A DNA stretch of 64,000 bases, taken from Octopus vulgaris. Lineage: Eukaryota. The stretch is from assembly GCA_951406725.2 (NCBI GenBank), contig OX597817.1, forward strand, positions 64,542,001-64,606,000, read 5' to 3'. The position numbers and the translations under genes are program-made. The notes under the pieces are model-generated. The model saw nothing but the letters and a program-made list of their open reading frames with translations, had not been told where the DNA came from and made no database searches. Shown piece after piece: positions 37,330 through 50,800 of this stretch. Positions within the stretch are counted from its first letter, which is position 1. The number at the start of each line of letters is the position of its first letter.

Positions 37330-40169
37330 GTTATGATGCTTTTCATCATCAAAGAAGCTGAACATTGCAAACTGTAGGCGAATGTGTAAATTTCTACATT
37401 GTTGCTTCCTACACTAATATAGTAAATGAAGGCTTATTTCTTTATGGAGATAATATAGGCTCTCCTAGATGTAGTGAAGGGAAGTTTAGAATGTGTGGAC
37501 AGAGATGGATGTAGACATCTTTGGCAGCATCAGAGTGTGCTTAAACAATGAAGAATGTAAGCCATATTAGCAACAGTGAAGGTAATGCCGGTGCAAACTT
37601 GTTTGACAACGAAGTAGAAATATTTCTCATGTAATGAAGTTGCAAGACTATCTCTTAGGCTTTCCAGGTTACATATGAACCGTTGTTTTTCATCTCAGAA
37701 TGTCTTTTATGCTTTTCTGAAAATAAAGTCCATGTTGAATGCCACTTTCTTTCTTTCTTTTCTTTTTTCTTTTTTTTATTTTTCATATTACATGTAAATT
37801 TGTCAAGTAAGAACACCAGGTATCACTGAAATATAGTTCAAACATTTTTTATATATTCATCTGAAGATATCATCTTCATTTCTGTTAATTGTCTGGTAAC
37901 TGGAATGGTTTCAAACTTCACTAACATAGAGACAAAATGTTTTTCTTTTAGACGTGCCTAAAAATTGTCCTAACAATTTCAGTCATTTTCTGTTTTCATT
38001 GTAAATCACTGTTTCCATAATTAAAGAGCAGCTTCAAACAGCTGGAATTTAAATGATATTTAAATGTTTGCTTTTTAATATTTGAATTGTCTTTATTTGG
38101 TTCACTTCTATTACACTTTGCTCTGCTTCACAAATGTAACAGTTTGCTCTCAATCACAGCCAATGAATATGACCAGCCATATCAAATATTCTCAATGAAT
38201 CCATGTTAAACCAAATGTCCTTAGCTATATTCTTTTATAAATTTCAGTGATTGGATCGTGTTTTTACTGGGTCCCTGCTTTCAAATGGATCGAATAATGT
38301 CAGGTAAAGCTAACTTGAGCAAGATTAACGCTGAACATAAAGGGACATAACCCAATATCACAAGCTTATTTTATCCAATACTCCACTAATTTTACCATCT
38401 TTCACAGACGTAATTATATGTAAAATATAATTCCCTGGTAAATTGGAAGAGAAGTTAGAACAATTTTTGTTCCAATTCACTGCAGTTCAAATCTTGCCAT
38501 GTTCAACTTTGCCTCTCATCGTTTTGGGTCAATAAAGATGTACCAATCCTGGACAGAACTATTGGGAGTAGGCAAGATACCTTGCATTATCTCTTCCAGT
38601 TCTTTGCATTCTGACAGAAATGCCTACAATGACTGTAATGCCAGGCTGTACTGACCCTTTCTTTGGATAAACACCAATGACGTGGAGAAAGCAGACTCAC
38701 TGACATGGGCAACTGCCAGACTTCTTAAAAGAAAATGTTGCTTCACTCTGCACATGTGCAAATGCATGGTCATTGTTGATCAACAGATTACCCCTATATA
38801 TTTCTGCAATCTTGTTGATCATTTAAATAGTTTGGGAGATGTGAGGAACATTCTGAATGTGATACTTGAGAAATGCTGATTTAAAAAAAAAAAAACATCA
38901 AATAAAAGAATCTAAAACATCTCTTTGGTTCTTTGTTAAGGTCATACAAAAACAATACTTGTTATTTTTAGTTTATTTTGGCTATTATGGATCTCTCTCT
39001 CTCTCTCTCTGTATTATACCGCCAAGTCAAAGCCTGAAGACATGATTTTTCTTGGAAAAGATATGGCTGTCATTCCCCTTTGCTATCTACTGTCTTATCT
39101 ACACTTTCCTCTGCTAGCAGCCTGTTCTCCCAAGCTTGCTTTTGAGCTACAAGGCCTCTTTAACTCATAGACAAGGGTTACATATCATGAAGGTGTGTCC
39201 ACACATTGATGGGTCTGTGTGATACCATGTCTAGGGATCAGCCTTCTAAGTCCTCTTGGTTTATCTACAGGATCGTGTTCAAGCACTGCTTTTAAGTCCT
39301 GTCTGTTCTAGGTGTGAGTGTTGAGATATGGTGATGAAATGGAATGTAACTGACTGATCATGTCTTGAAAGGGAAAACCTCAAATCTTCACCCTATAAGG
39401 AACACTAAAACAGAACAGTTATATGATGCACAGGATGGACTGATTAATGTTGTCTATCCTGAGATTGTTTCGTTGCTTTTTAATTGGATTTTCTTTTTTT
39501 TTATTTCATTATGAATTAATTTTCTTTTATAGTTAATTTCATTATATCATTGAAGACAGGTATCTCAAAGATGTAATTTACATCTGTCATTAATGTGTTT
39601 ATGAAACTGAGAAATATTAAAATATTTTTTTTAAATGTCAAAAATGTATGCTAGAAGAAATTATAAAGAAAAGGTTCCTGGAATGGTGTCATAACCCTAC
39701 ATCTCAGTGAAAAATGACAAACAAATGCAGGTAGCAGTTACTTAACGCTTTAGTAATCAGATTACTCTAGCTGATGTAAAGCTTATTTATTCACATTGTT
39801 TTGAATCAATTATGCATGATCTTGTTGCTTATTTTTAGAATGAGAGATGCTTATTTTTAGGTGAGAGGCCAGTTTGAACATAAAGCAAGTAGAATATTTA
39901 GACCGGATATGGCTGGTTTAAATGCTAAAGGATTAAAGAGTATGGATAAAACTGAGACCCTCTAGAAAAATCTAACCATTGCAATTAGTAAAAAATTTTT
40001 TTTGTAATTGAACACTTAAAAATCAAAGAATGTTATGGGAACTTTAGGGTTGATGAAATTAAAAAATAGATTAGAGAGGTTGGGTTGCTCCTTTTATCAG
40101 AAGGTGTCATCCCCAATGGTTGATGTGTAACATTATTTTTCCAAACATAAAGGTAACGGGCAAAGGAAA

Positions 40170-40400
40170 GGCACATGGTTTAGTGGTTAAGGTGTTGGAC
40201 TCCTGATCATAAGATAGTTGTTTCAATTCCTGGACTGGGCAACACGTGTTTATCAACAAAACACTTCATTTCAGATTGTTCCAGTCTACTCAGCTGGCAA
40301 AAATTAGTAATCTTGCAATGGACTGGTGTCCCATCCAGGTAGGGAGTTTATACACCATGGAAACCAGCCCTTTAATAGTCGCATGACTCGAGAAGGACAA
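40170..40400 (+). mobile_element. tRNA-derived SINE (second family; minus-strand copy ~31530-31745)
   Basis: A/B-box head ggcacatggtttagtggttaagg...gtttcaattcctgg; body gcaatggactggtgtcccatccagg. Confidence 0.7.
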
Positions 40401-40496
40401 GTACAGCCATAGTTGTGGGATTAAAAAGTTCACTCTGCAAACGTGATTCTTGATTTGATCCCAGTGTGCAGGAAGTTAAGCAACAATCTTCTATTA

Positions 40497-41730
40497 TTAG
40501 GTTTTCAAGAAAGTTCTTGCAGTTTTTAACCTTTAAATTCAGATGCACATATCTCGGCTCAAACAAAACTTCATTAATCGAAATAAACACCATCAGAATC
40601 AACACACTTTTGCCAACTTGAAACAGGTTTATTTATGCCAGTAGTGTAAAAATCCTGTGTTCTGGGGGCGATGAAGTTGTTGATGGCATGTTTGGCATCA
40701 TCTTGGTTTTTTAAGCATTTCTCATGCAGGAAGTTGTCGAGATGCTTGAAAAAGTGGTAGTTGGTAGAGTTGCATAGCTCAATTCGTTCAACTTCTGCAG
40801 GGTCAGTTGTGCGACACACAGCTGAGCGTTGTTGTGGAGAAGAATTGATCCTTTTCTATTGAACAATGCTGGCTGTTGTTGTCAGAGTTTCTTATACATT
40901 TCATCCATTTGCTGACAGTACTTCTCTGCCATAATGGTTTCGCCTGGATCCAAAAAACTGAGATGGATGAGACTGGCTGCAGACCACCAAACAGTCACCA
41001 TGACCTTCTTTTGGTGTAACTTTGGCTTCGAGAAGTGCCCGTGAAGCTTCATCGGCATCCAACCACTTAGCTGAGTGACGCCAGTTGTAAAGAATCCATT
41101 TTTCATCACAAGTCCCAATCCGGTCGAGAAACGAGTCATTCTTGTTGCATAAAAGAAAGGGAGACAACACTTTGAAATGGCATTTTGTTTCTTGGTTGCC
41201 GTTCAATTCATGCGGCACCCATTTCTCAAGTATTTTTGTTTTTCCAATCTCTTTCAAATGGTTGGAAATTGTATACATTATATCTAATTCAGAAGCAAGC
41301 TCTCAAATAAGTTATGCATGGATTGGCTTCCACTAAGGCTCTTAGTTGATCATTGTCAACATCCGATGGCCAACCACTATGCTTATCTTCAAGACTCTTG
41401 TCACTGCTATGAAATTTCTTGAACCACCATTGTGCTGTACATTCATGAATGGTTCCTGGGCCACTTATATGATTGATATCACAAGCTCTTTCAGCAACTT
41501 TTCGGCCTAGCTTGAACTGGAATAAGAAAATTGTGCAAATTTGCTTTTTTAGTCCATGTTGTATTCAATGTTCCGGAAAAATGGCCTAATTATTCAAAAA
41601 GAAAAAGAGTAACATGATTAGATAGAGCGAAAAACGGGCTTTAAAATGATATATAAAGTCAAAGTAATTTGAAAATACATCATTTAAAACCAAAATTTAA
41701 AATTCTGCGAGAACTTTCTTGACAGCCTAG
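40497..41730 (-). mobile_element. Near full-length degenerate mariner (1234 bp)
   Basis: TA-flanked TIRs ttaggttttcaagaaagttcttgcag / ctgcgagaactttcttgacagcctag; KWVPHEL, TCDEKWILY, KKVMVTVWW and YHFFKHLDNFL with frameshifts. Confidence 0.93.
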
Positions 41731-42342
41731 TATAACCCTGAGCCAACCCAAACCTTCTGAGTGAAACTGGGTGGACAGAAACTGTGAAAGTCTGTTGGAT
41801 GAACTGTATCTGTTCTTGAGTGATAGTTTTTAACACCACTACTTGGACCTTTGGCATCTTGTAAGCATTCAGACTTCAGAGTTTCTTACTCCCACCCTGG
41901 ATAAAGGTTATGGTAATTTCCCATCTTCCTCTCACTGTACCATTATAAATTACAGTAATTAACTTCAAAAAGTTTAAAACAAACCAGTTGCTGTTCAGCC
42001 CTATGCTCAAAGATATTTCAATTATAGTAATCTTTCTTTTTCGTGCATAATGTATCATGTATGCTTTTCCTTTTTAATAGCTGTTAGTGAAAGTTGGCTG
42101 CTATTTCTAACAGATTGAGTGATCACAGAGGTTCTGTAGCTGGCACTCTTCAGACCATTAAAGGTGATATAGTTATAACTAACTGTTGAAAAGTTAAGGG
42201 TAACATATACAATAACCAAGTCATATACTAGATTAATTCATTCAATAGTTTTTCTTTACTTTTGTGACTTTCTACCAGTGTAATAGACTATTTTTTAAAG
42301 AGGAATACCCCATGATCTTTCTAGGGTTTCTTAGTAGATGTA

Positions 42343-43206
42343 TTTGCTTGTCAAATAAATTCATTTTTTTCCTTTTGCTTTATTCTTTATTTTGGTCATG
42401 AATTTTAACAAATCAGTTAATGTATTCTCCTTCATTGTTCACGACTCTTTGCCAACCTTCCATTAGCTTGTCGATGCCTTGACATTAGAAATCACCAGGT
42501 TTTGACTCAAAGAATTCATTGAGCCATGTTTTTAGCTCCACATTGTTGTTGAATGCAAACTGTTGGAGAATAACCAAAAATGGTAATAAACTGGAGGTAC
42601 TATATCAAGAGAATACAACGAGTGCAGTAGAACTTTCTCTTGATTATCATTTGGGTCGAGTTAGCAATGTTGGGACTGGAGTTTCTCTTTTGTTCAGAGC
42701 ATGTAGAACCCATGCACCATTGAGTGAAGGTGACAGACAATGGTGTCATGAGAGCATTCCATCTACTGGACCAATTCCCTAGTGGATTGACAGGGATTCT
42801 TGCGTATGGCCTTATTCAATCCATCCTTATTGAACTGAACCGGCTGGCCAGAATGTAAAGCAGAGTTTCTCCTTGCAGCGTGAAAACCATTTCTGTGCAG
42901 TTCTTTCAGGAATAGTGCCTTCTCTGTAAATGGCACAAAAGTCATGAGTGGCTTTAGCAGCTTTGGAACCTTGATTGAAAGCAAAGAGAACCAGTTATTG
43001 AAAATGCTCATATTCTTCTACCTGGCACTACATCATAATATGTCTGAAAAGAGGTAAAAATTTATTCAAATTTTAGAAACAAACAAAAGTTGTAGAGGAA
43101 GAATAGAACTACAAAAATAAATAAATAAAGCATTACAATAAAAATATTTTTTGAATTAATTCAAATAACAATAGAAAGAAATGAATGAATTTATATGACA
43201 ACTCAA
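42343..43206 (-). mobile_element. Internally deleted mariner (~864 bp)
   Basis: TA-flanked TIRs tttgcttgtcaaataaattcatt / aatgaatttatatgacaactcaa; relic HTH region (SGQP...NPCQSTRELVQ) and C-terminus. Confidence 0.8.
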
Positions 43207-44184
43207 TATATTCGTGTATGAAGTAAAAAAAAAACCTATTGAACTCTCAATTTAACAGACTAATAAAAAGGAAGGTAAGTTGTGTTCATTAATGCCAAAA
43301 GCCCATTGAAATTGAAGACAACTATTGCACAATATAAAATTATTAAATTTTTAAAGTGTAGTGAGAGTATTTTGCTGTGCTAATACTATTATTTGGTTTG
43401 TTAAATCCAAAATATAAAGGGTTTATTGTATATTTTATCTATTATCTGAACTAGTTGAAATTTAGGGTGAACGAGAACAGTTGTGTGCAAACATGTCCTT
43501 TGAGAATGCTATTTAGGCCATCTAGGCAGTGGTCTAAAAGTCATGACAAATAACCTGTTCTGTTTAAAGCTTCTTATCAAGATAGGTATTCATATTCTCT
43601 CCTGTGTCCCCAAATGCATTTTTTTTTGTCCTCCATCCTGGTTCTTGAAGCAACAAAGGTGATATTTTAAAAGTTAATAAGCCCAAGAAGCTTCGGTCAT
43701 GAAATTCTGAAAAAGTTTTGTATTATTCATTCTAGTCATTCTAATTAAACCTTTTCATTTATTTATAAAACTATAAACTTCAGCAAATATAGTGAAGCCT
43801 ATATATAACTGATGAGTTGAAAAAAGTCTGTAGCATTCCCTAAATACCAAAAGAAATTTACAAAACTTTAGGGTTAACTTAATAGGAAGAGAGCCTACCA
43901 GTCCACCTTCATTACCTTACAGTTGAGGAAGCTATATGATGTTGCACAAGCTCTCAGTACTGAGTACACTGCTTCTTAATACAGAAACAGCTTTCTCTCT
44001 CTCCCTCTCTCTCTGGCTTCTCTATCAACTAATCTCTTGGATTAGTTATCTTCACAGTTATCTAGGATATATATTATATTTATATATTAGTTATCTAGGA
44101 GTCCAACTCACCCTCGTAAGCTAAATGTGCACTTGGGTACCAAACCAGAAACTTTTAAGTCCTCATACAAATATATATATATAT

Positions 44185-47100
44185 ATCATCATCATCATCA
44201 TCATCATTTAACGTCCGCTTTCCATGCTAGCATGGGTTGGACGGTTCAACTGGGTTCTGGGGAGCCCGAAAGCTGCACCAGTCCAGTCAGATCTGGCAGT
44301 GTTTCTACAGCTGGATGCCCTTCCTAACGCCAACCACTCCGAGAGTGTAGTGGGTGATTTTATGTGCCACCGACACAGGTGCCAGACGAGGCTGGCAAAC
44401 GGCCACGCTCGGATGGTGTTTTTTTATGTGCCACCGACACGTGCCAGACGAGGCTGGCAGACGGCCACGCTCGGATGGTGTTTTTATGTGCCACCGACAC
44501 AGGTGCCAGATGAGGCTGGCAAACGGCCACGATCGGATGGTGTTTGTTACGTGCCCACAGCACGGAGGCCAGTCGATGCGGTACTGGCTACGGCCACGTT
44601 CGGATGGTTTTCTTGTGTGCCACGTGCCACCGGCACTGGTACCACAAAGATACAAATTCCATTGATGTTCATCTATTTTGATTTGTTTTGATTTTCACTT
44701 GCCTCAACAGGTCTTCACAAGTGTCACAAGAAGGAAGGTAAGCACAGGTGGACTGACTACGTCCCAGGTAAGGGCCACGGGTTATGGCCTGACTAGTCTT
44801 GCCGGGTCTTCGGATGGTGTTTTTATGTGCCACCGACATAGGTGCCAGATGAGGCTGGCGAATGGCCACGATCGGATGGTGTTTGTTACGTGCCCACAGC
44901 ACGGAGGCCATTCGATGCGGTACTGGCTACGGCCACGTTCGGATGGTTTTCTTGTGTGCCACCGGCACTGGTACCACAAAGATACAAATTCCATTAATGT
45001 TCATCTATTTTGATTTGTTTTGATTTGATTTTATTTGATGTTGATTTTCACTTGCCTCAACAGGTCTTCACAAGTGTCACAAGAAGGAAGGTATGCACAG
45101 GTGGACTGACTACGTCCCAGGTAGGGGCCACAGGTTATGGCCTGACTAGTCTTGCCGGGTCTTCGGATGGTGTTTTTATGTGCCACCGACACAGGTGCCA
45201 GATGAGGCTGGCGAACGGCCACGATCGGATGGTGTTTGTTACGTGCCCACAGCACGGAGGCCAGTCGGTGCGGTACTGGCTACGGCCACGTTTGGATGGT
45301 TTTCTTGTGTGCCACCGGCACTGGTACCACAGAGATACAAATTCCATTAATGTTCATCTATTTTGATTTGTTTTGATTTGATTTTGATTTTCACTTGCCT
45401 CAACAGGCCTTCACAAGTATCACAAGGAGGAAGGTATGCACAGGTGGACTGACTACGTCCCAGGTAGGGGCCATGGGATATGGCCGGACTAGTCTTGCCG
45501 GGTCTTCGGATGGTGTTTTTATGTGCCACCGACACAGGTGCTAGATGAGGCTGGCGAACGGCCACGATCGGATGGTGTTTGTTATGTGCCCACAGCATGA
45601 TGGCCAGTCGATGCGGTACTGACTACGGCCACGTTCGGATGGATTTCTTGTGTGCCACAGGCACTGGTACCACAAAGATACAAATTCCATTGATGTTCAT
45701 CTATTTTGATTTGATTTGATTTTCACTTGCCTCAACAGGTCTTCACAAGTGTCACAAGAGGAAGGTATGCACAGGTGGACTGACTAGTCTTGCCGGGTCT
45801 TCGGAATGTGTTTTTATGTGCCACCGACACAGGTGCCAGATGAGGCTGGCGAACGGCCATGATCGGATGGTGTTTGTTACGTGCCCACAGCACGGAGGCC
45901 GGTCAATGCGGAACTGGCTACGGCCACGTTCGGATGGTTTTCTTGTGTGCCACCGGCACTGGTACCACAAAGATACAGATTCCATTGATGTTCATCTATT
46001 TTGATTTGTTTTGATTTTCACTTGCCTCAACAGGTCTTCACAAGTGTCACAAGAAGGAAGGTATGCACAGGTGGACTGACTACGTCCCAGGTAGGGGCCA
46101 CGGGTTATGGCCTGACTAGTCTTGTCGTGTCTTCGGATGGTGTTTTTATGTGCCACCGACACAGGTGCTAGATGAGGCTGGCGAACGGCCACGATCGGAT
46201 GGTGTTTGTCATGTGCCCACAGCACGGAGGCCAGTCGATGCGGTACTGGCTACGGCCACTTTCGGATGGTTTTCTTGTGTGCCACCGGCACTGGTACCAC
46301 AAAGATACAAATTCCATTGATGTTCATCTATTTTGATTTGTTTTGATTTGATTTTGATTTTCACTTGCCTCAACAGGCCTTCACAAGTATCACAAGGAGG
46401 AAGGTATGCACAGGTGGACTGACTACGTCCCAGGTAGGGGCCATGGGTTATGGCCTGACTAGTCTTGCCGGGTCTTCGGATGGTGTTTTTATGTGCCACC
46501 GACACAGGTGCTAGATGAGGCTGGCGAACGGCCACGATCGGATGGTGTTTGTTATGTGCCCACAGCACGATGGCCAGTGATGCGGTACTCACTACGGCCA
46601 CGTTCGGATGGATTCTTGTGTGCCACCGGCACTGGTACCACAAAGATACAAATTCCATTGATGTTCATCTATTTTGATTTGTTTTGATTTTCACTTGCCT
46701 CAACAGGTCTTCACAAGTGTCACAAGAAGGAAGGTATGTACAGGTGGACTGACTACGTCCCAGGTAGGGGACACGGGTTATGACCTGACTAGTCTTGCCG
46801 GGTCTTCGGATGGTGATTTTATGTGCCACCGACACAGGTGCCATATGAGGCTGGCGAACGGCCACGATCGGATGGTGTTTGTCATGTTCCCACAGCACGG
46901 AGGCCAGTCGATGCGGTACTGGCTACGGCCACATTCGGATGGTTTTCTTGTGTGCCACAGGCACTGGTACCACAAAGATACAAATTCCATTGATGTTCAT
47001 CAATTTTGATTTGTTTTGATTGATTTTCACTTGCCTCAGCAGGTCTTCACAAGTGTCACAAGAAGGAAGGTATGCACAGGTGGATCGACTACGTCCCAGG

Positions 47101-47376
47101 TAGGGGCACGGGATATGGCCTGACTAGTCCTGCCGGGTCCTCTCATGCACAGCACACTTCCATAGGACTCGGTCTTTAGTCATTTCCTTGGTGAGACCTA
47201 AAGTTCGAAGGTCGTGCTTCACCACCTCATCCCAGGTTTTCCTGGGTCTACCTCTTCCACAGGTTCCCTCAACTGCTAGGGTGTAGCACTTTTGCACACA
47301 ACTATCTTCAGCCATTCTCGTCACATGACCATACCAGCGCAGCCGTCTCTCTTGCACACCACAACTGACACTTCTT

Positions 47377-47378
<2 letters not shown>
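44185..47378 (-). mobile_element. 5'-truncated RTE LINE with tandemly amplified 3'UTR
   Basis: ORF2 end RRLRWYGHVTRM...GRGRPRKTWDEVVKHDL...TRQD* (47378-47124), then the array, then a (GAT)n tail; (TA)n on both flanks. Confidence 0.92.
44470..47140. repeat. Tandem array, 8 units of ~295-353 bp
   Basis: Marker ttttcacttgcctc at 44692, 45045, 45388, 45720, 46015, 46358, 46688 and 47024. Confidence 0.95.
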
Positions 47379-47415
<37 letters not shown>

Positions 47416-47417
47416 CT

Positions 47418-47817
47418 CTTTTTACTTGTTTCAGTCATTTGAGTGTAGCCATGCTAGAGCACTGCCTTCAGTCGAGCAAATCAACCCCAGGACTTATTCT
47501 TTGTAAGCCTAGTACTTATTTTATTGGTCTCTTTTGCCGAACCGCTAAGTTACGGGGACATAAACACCAGCATCGGTTGTCAAGCGATGTTGGGGGGACA
47601 AACACAGACACACAATCATATACACACACATACATATATATATACATATATACGACAGGCTTCTTTCAGTTTCCATCTACCAAATCCACTCATAAGGCTT
47701 TGGTCAGCCCGAGGCTATAGTAGAAGACACTTGCCCAAGGCGCCACACAGTGGAACTGAACCTAGAACCATGTGGTTCGTAAGCAAGCTACTTACCACAC
47801 AGCCACTCCTACGCCTA
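47418..47817 (-). mobile_element. Full-length ~400-bp tRNA-derived SINE, the dominant family here (other copies: + 33332-33665, 51822-52232, 63575-63993, 24380-24550, 31089-31260; - 4450-4650, 7130-7285, 10360-10470, 20560-20668, 25500-25680, 29660-29780)
   Basis: Head gtgtggtaagtagcttgc...ggttcagttccactg, internal (TA/CA)n, tail gcatggctacactcaaatgactgaaacaagtaaaa; resembles Octopus OR-type SINEs (inference). Confidence 0.88.
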
Positions 47818-50800
47818 TATATATATCATGTAATTGGATGAGCATTGATCCTTCTGAGTTCATCCACCCTTTGATGGATCTTGTTTTTCATCCTGCAGGG
47901 TAACCGGAAATCACCCTACTCACCAAGTACTTTTCTTGCTGGTGTTGCCAGTTTAGTTGCCTACAGCTTGTCTATGAAACAGGATGTACTGAATTACATG
48001 CAACCAGTAGCACTTAAGAGCAATCTAACACACACACACATATATGTATGTATATACAAACGTGTTTGGTTACATTTACACTTCTCTAGTCCAGTTTCAA
48101 ATGTGGGAGCAGTATTCCATTGTGGATTTCACTTCAGCTTCAGGTCAAAAGTATTACTTGACTCTGAAGAAAAATGTTAATCTTTGAGACACAGCTTTTT
48201 CTATGTGTGTGTGTGTGTGTGTGTGGAAGATCATAGGTAATTTCAGGTCCTATCATTTCTAAAGACTTTAACTGTTTTGTGTATTGTCCAATGATTATAG
48301 AGGGAGAGATGGAAGTTTATTTCCTAGTTATGAGCAGTAATTATGTCTTTGTAATGTACAAATGGACATGGTTGTCATGTACCCCTTGGAGAATGCTTTT
48401 GAAGTCTCCCTCTCTTCATGGACACATTGAAGGATTGACATGTAGTATCTAGGTTGGGTGTGGATGAAACCTGTTCATGAAAAGCAAAGGAGGAGCAAAG
48501 GATAATATAATCTGCTTAAGAGAAAACAATATAAATGGTGACAATAAACAGATTGTTGATGTACAATGGGAAATGAGTGGGCCATGTAACTAATCAGAGT
48601 TGATGGAATCATCATCATCATCATTGTTTAACATCCACTTTCCATGCTGGCATGGATTGGATGGTTTGACAGGACTGGCAAGCCAGATGGCTGCACCAGG
48701 CTCCAATCTGATCTAGCAGTGTTTCTACAGCTGGATGCCCTTCCTGTCAACCACTCCGATAGTGTAGTGGGTACTTTTACATTCCACCAGCACGAGGGCC
48801 AATCCAGGTGAGGAGTTTGGCAAGAGATTGATGTACCATGTAAGGATAGAAGAAATTTGAGTGTCATACCTAAAAACACAGTTACTTTGTGAGTTTTTTG
48901 TTTGGACTCAGGCCAGCAGATTCTTGATCAAAAGTGTTCTAGCTGTGACCATCCCATCTTTTATTCCAACTTTGTGTATCTAAGACTACATTATCCAATG
49001 TCAGTCTTTTTTTTCTAAGACAATGGGTTATGGTTTGAAGGAAATTTCATTGCTATATATAGCACTGAGCAACTATGTAGAGGCTCTCTCATTAATATGT
49101 CTTTGTGGGGTAAGTTGTGGAGAATCACCTTTAGAGTAGTGCACAGGGCATATGGCTATGAAGCCACATATCTTCCACCTAGAAGCCAAAACTTTATGTA
49201 CACAATCATCTCAAGTTTCTAAAATATGAAAATAATAAGTATTTCTAACACAGTAACAAAACTGTGGTTTCACTCTCAGCTTTACCTCCTCTCTAAATTT
49301 GTGGTCTTGTACCTCTCTTAGAATAAGGCCACACATTTTATAAGAGTGATGTAGCAATTAAATCAACCCAAATACTTGACTCACACTGATTTTACTGATC
49401 CACCCAACCACTGAAGAATGTTAGGTAAATTTTGAATCTGGTAAGAGTTTTAACTCAGAAGATAAATGACAATCAAAATTTTTTAAATATTTTGTTGGCC
49501 ACTCCCTACTGATTCTACTAATCCACCACTTTTATGATAGTACTAAAAATTCCTAACATAAATACAAAAGCCCCAAATTCTGGAGCAAAGAACAGTCAAT
49601 CAATTAAACCCTTGTACTTGACAGGTACTGAAACCTAGATTGTAAAATGACGTAACTAAATGCAGTGAAGTAGTTTTTTGTTACACCAATCATATGGAAA
49701 TAATAAGGATTTCTATCCTACCAACATAGGAGAGGAAGGTATTGTATAAAAAATTAAATCCCAGTACATGGCTGGTGCTTATTTTATTGATCAGTGGAAT
49801 TTTACTCAATATGTAAAGGAACATAACTTAAATACTGCAGGGGTATTTTATTTGTCAAGCTCATAATTATAATTTCTTACATAGGCACAAAGTCAAAATT
49901 TCGGAGACAGATTAGACAATTAAAATGAACTCTAGCACTTGACTGATACTTTTATTTATTGACTCCAAGACTTTGGGATTCGAACTCAGAATGTAAAGAG
50001 CCATAACTAAATACTGCAAGGTATTTTGTCTGATGTTCTAACAATTCTGCCAATAATAATAATAAAACATGTGCACGCACACACACACACACACTCATGT
50101 TTTATTCACTGTTTCCTACATATCAGAGTTAATAGATCCTGTCTAGACATGTGGCTGGATGTGAGTACATACTACTGATAAAGCCTAACAAAATTGAGAG
50201 GATTATTTAGTCCTGCTGAAGCATGACATCCTCTTTGGTGCTGGTGCTGCAATAATGTACCCAGTACACTCTGTAAAATAGTTGGTGTTAGGAAAGACAT
50301 CCAGCCACAAAAACTATACCAAAACTATGATGTAAACATATGACTTAAAGGAACTATAATTCCAATGAGAACTAATCTGGATCCTGGATGAGCCAGCCAA
50401 CCCCATGCCAGCATGGAAAACAAACATAAAACGTTGAAGATGTAATGTAAGATGGCACTGGATCCTTTCTACCCATCATCTCCCTAACACTACCTGTTCC
50501 CTTCCTCTTTCCCTAGTCTCTTCCATTATTCCTCTGTAATCCTCCCCCCCACCACCACCACTACTACTTACAATAATAAACCTGTTCCTACCTTCATATA
50601 TTTTAACTTCTTTCACCATTCTTTCCCTTGTCCTTTCTTTCAATTGTAGGAACTCTTTAGCCTAGTGAGTTACAAGGTAACCTTACTACAGCTGATAAAA
50701 AATGCATCCAGTAAACTCTGTGGCTGGCATATCAAATAAAGACAATACAGGATTGAAAGGATTCTTTAGCCTTGCTGAGGACATGTCAACTTCTGTAGTG

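Noticed and set aside
44692-44710. Minus-strand CTGTTGAGGCAAGTGAAA in each array unit as a hammerhead core
   Set aside because: The invariant A6 is U, there is no real stem II, and no stem III/NUH follows.
44224-47009. Many 70-155 aa Cys/His/Arg-rich ORFs, or a CRISPR-like array
   Set aside because: They are products of a GC-richer tandem LINE UTR; the units are wholly repeated with no unique spacers, and the context is eukaryotic.
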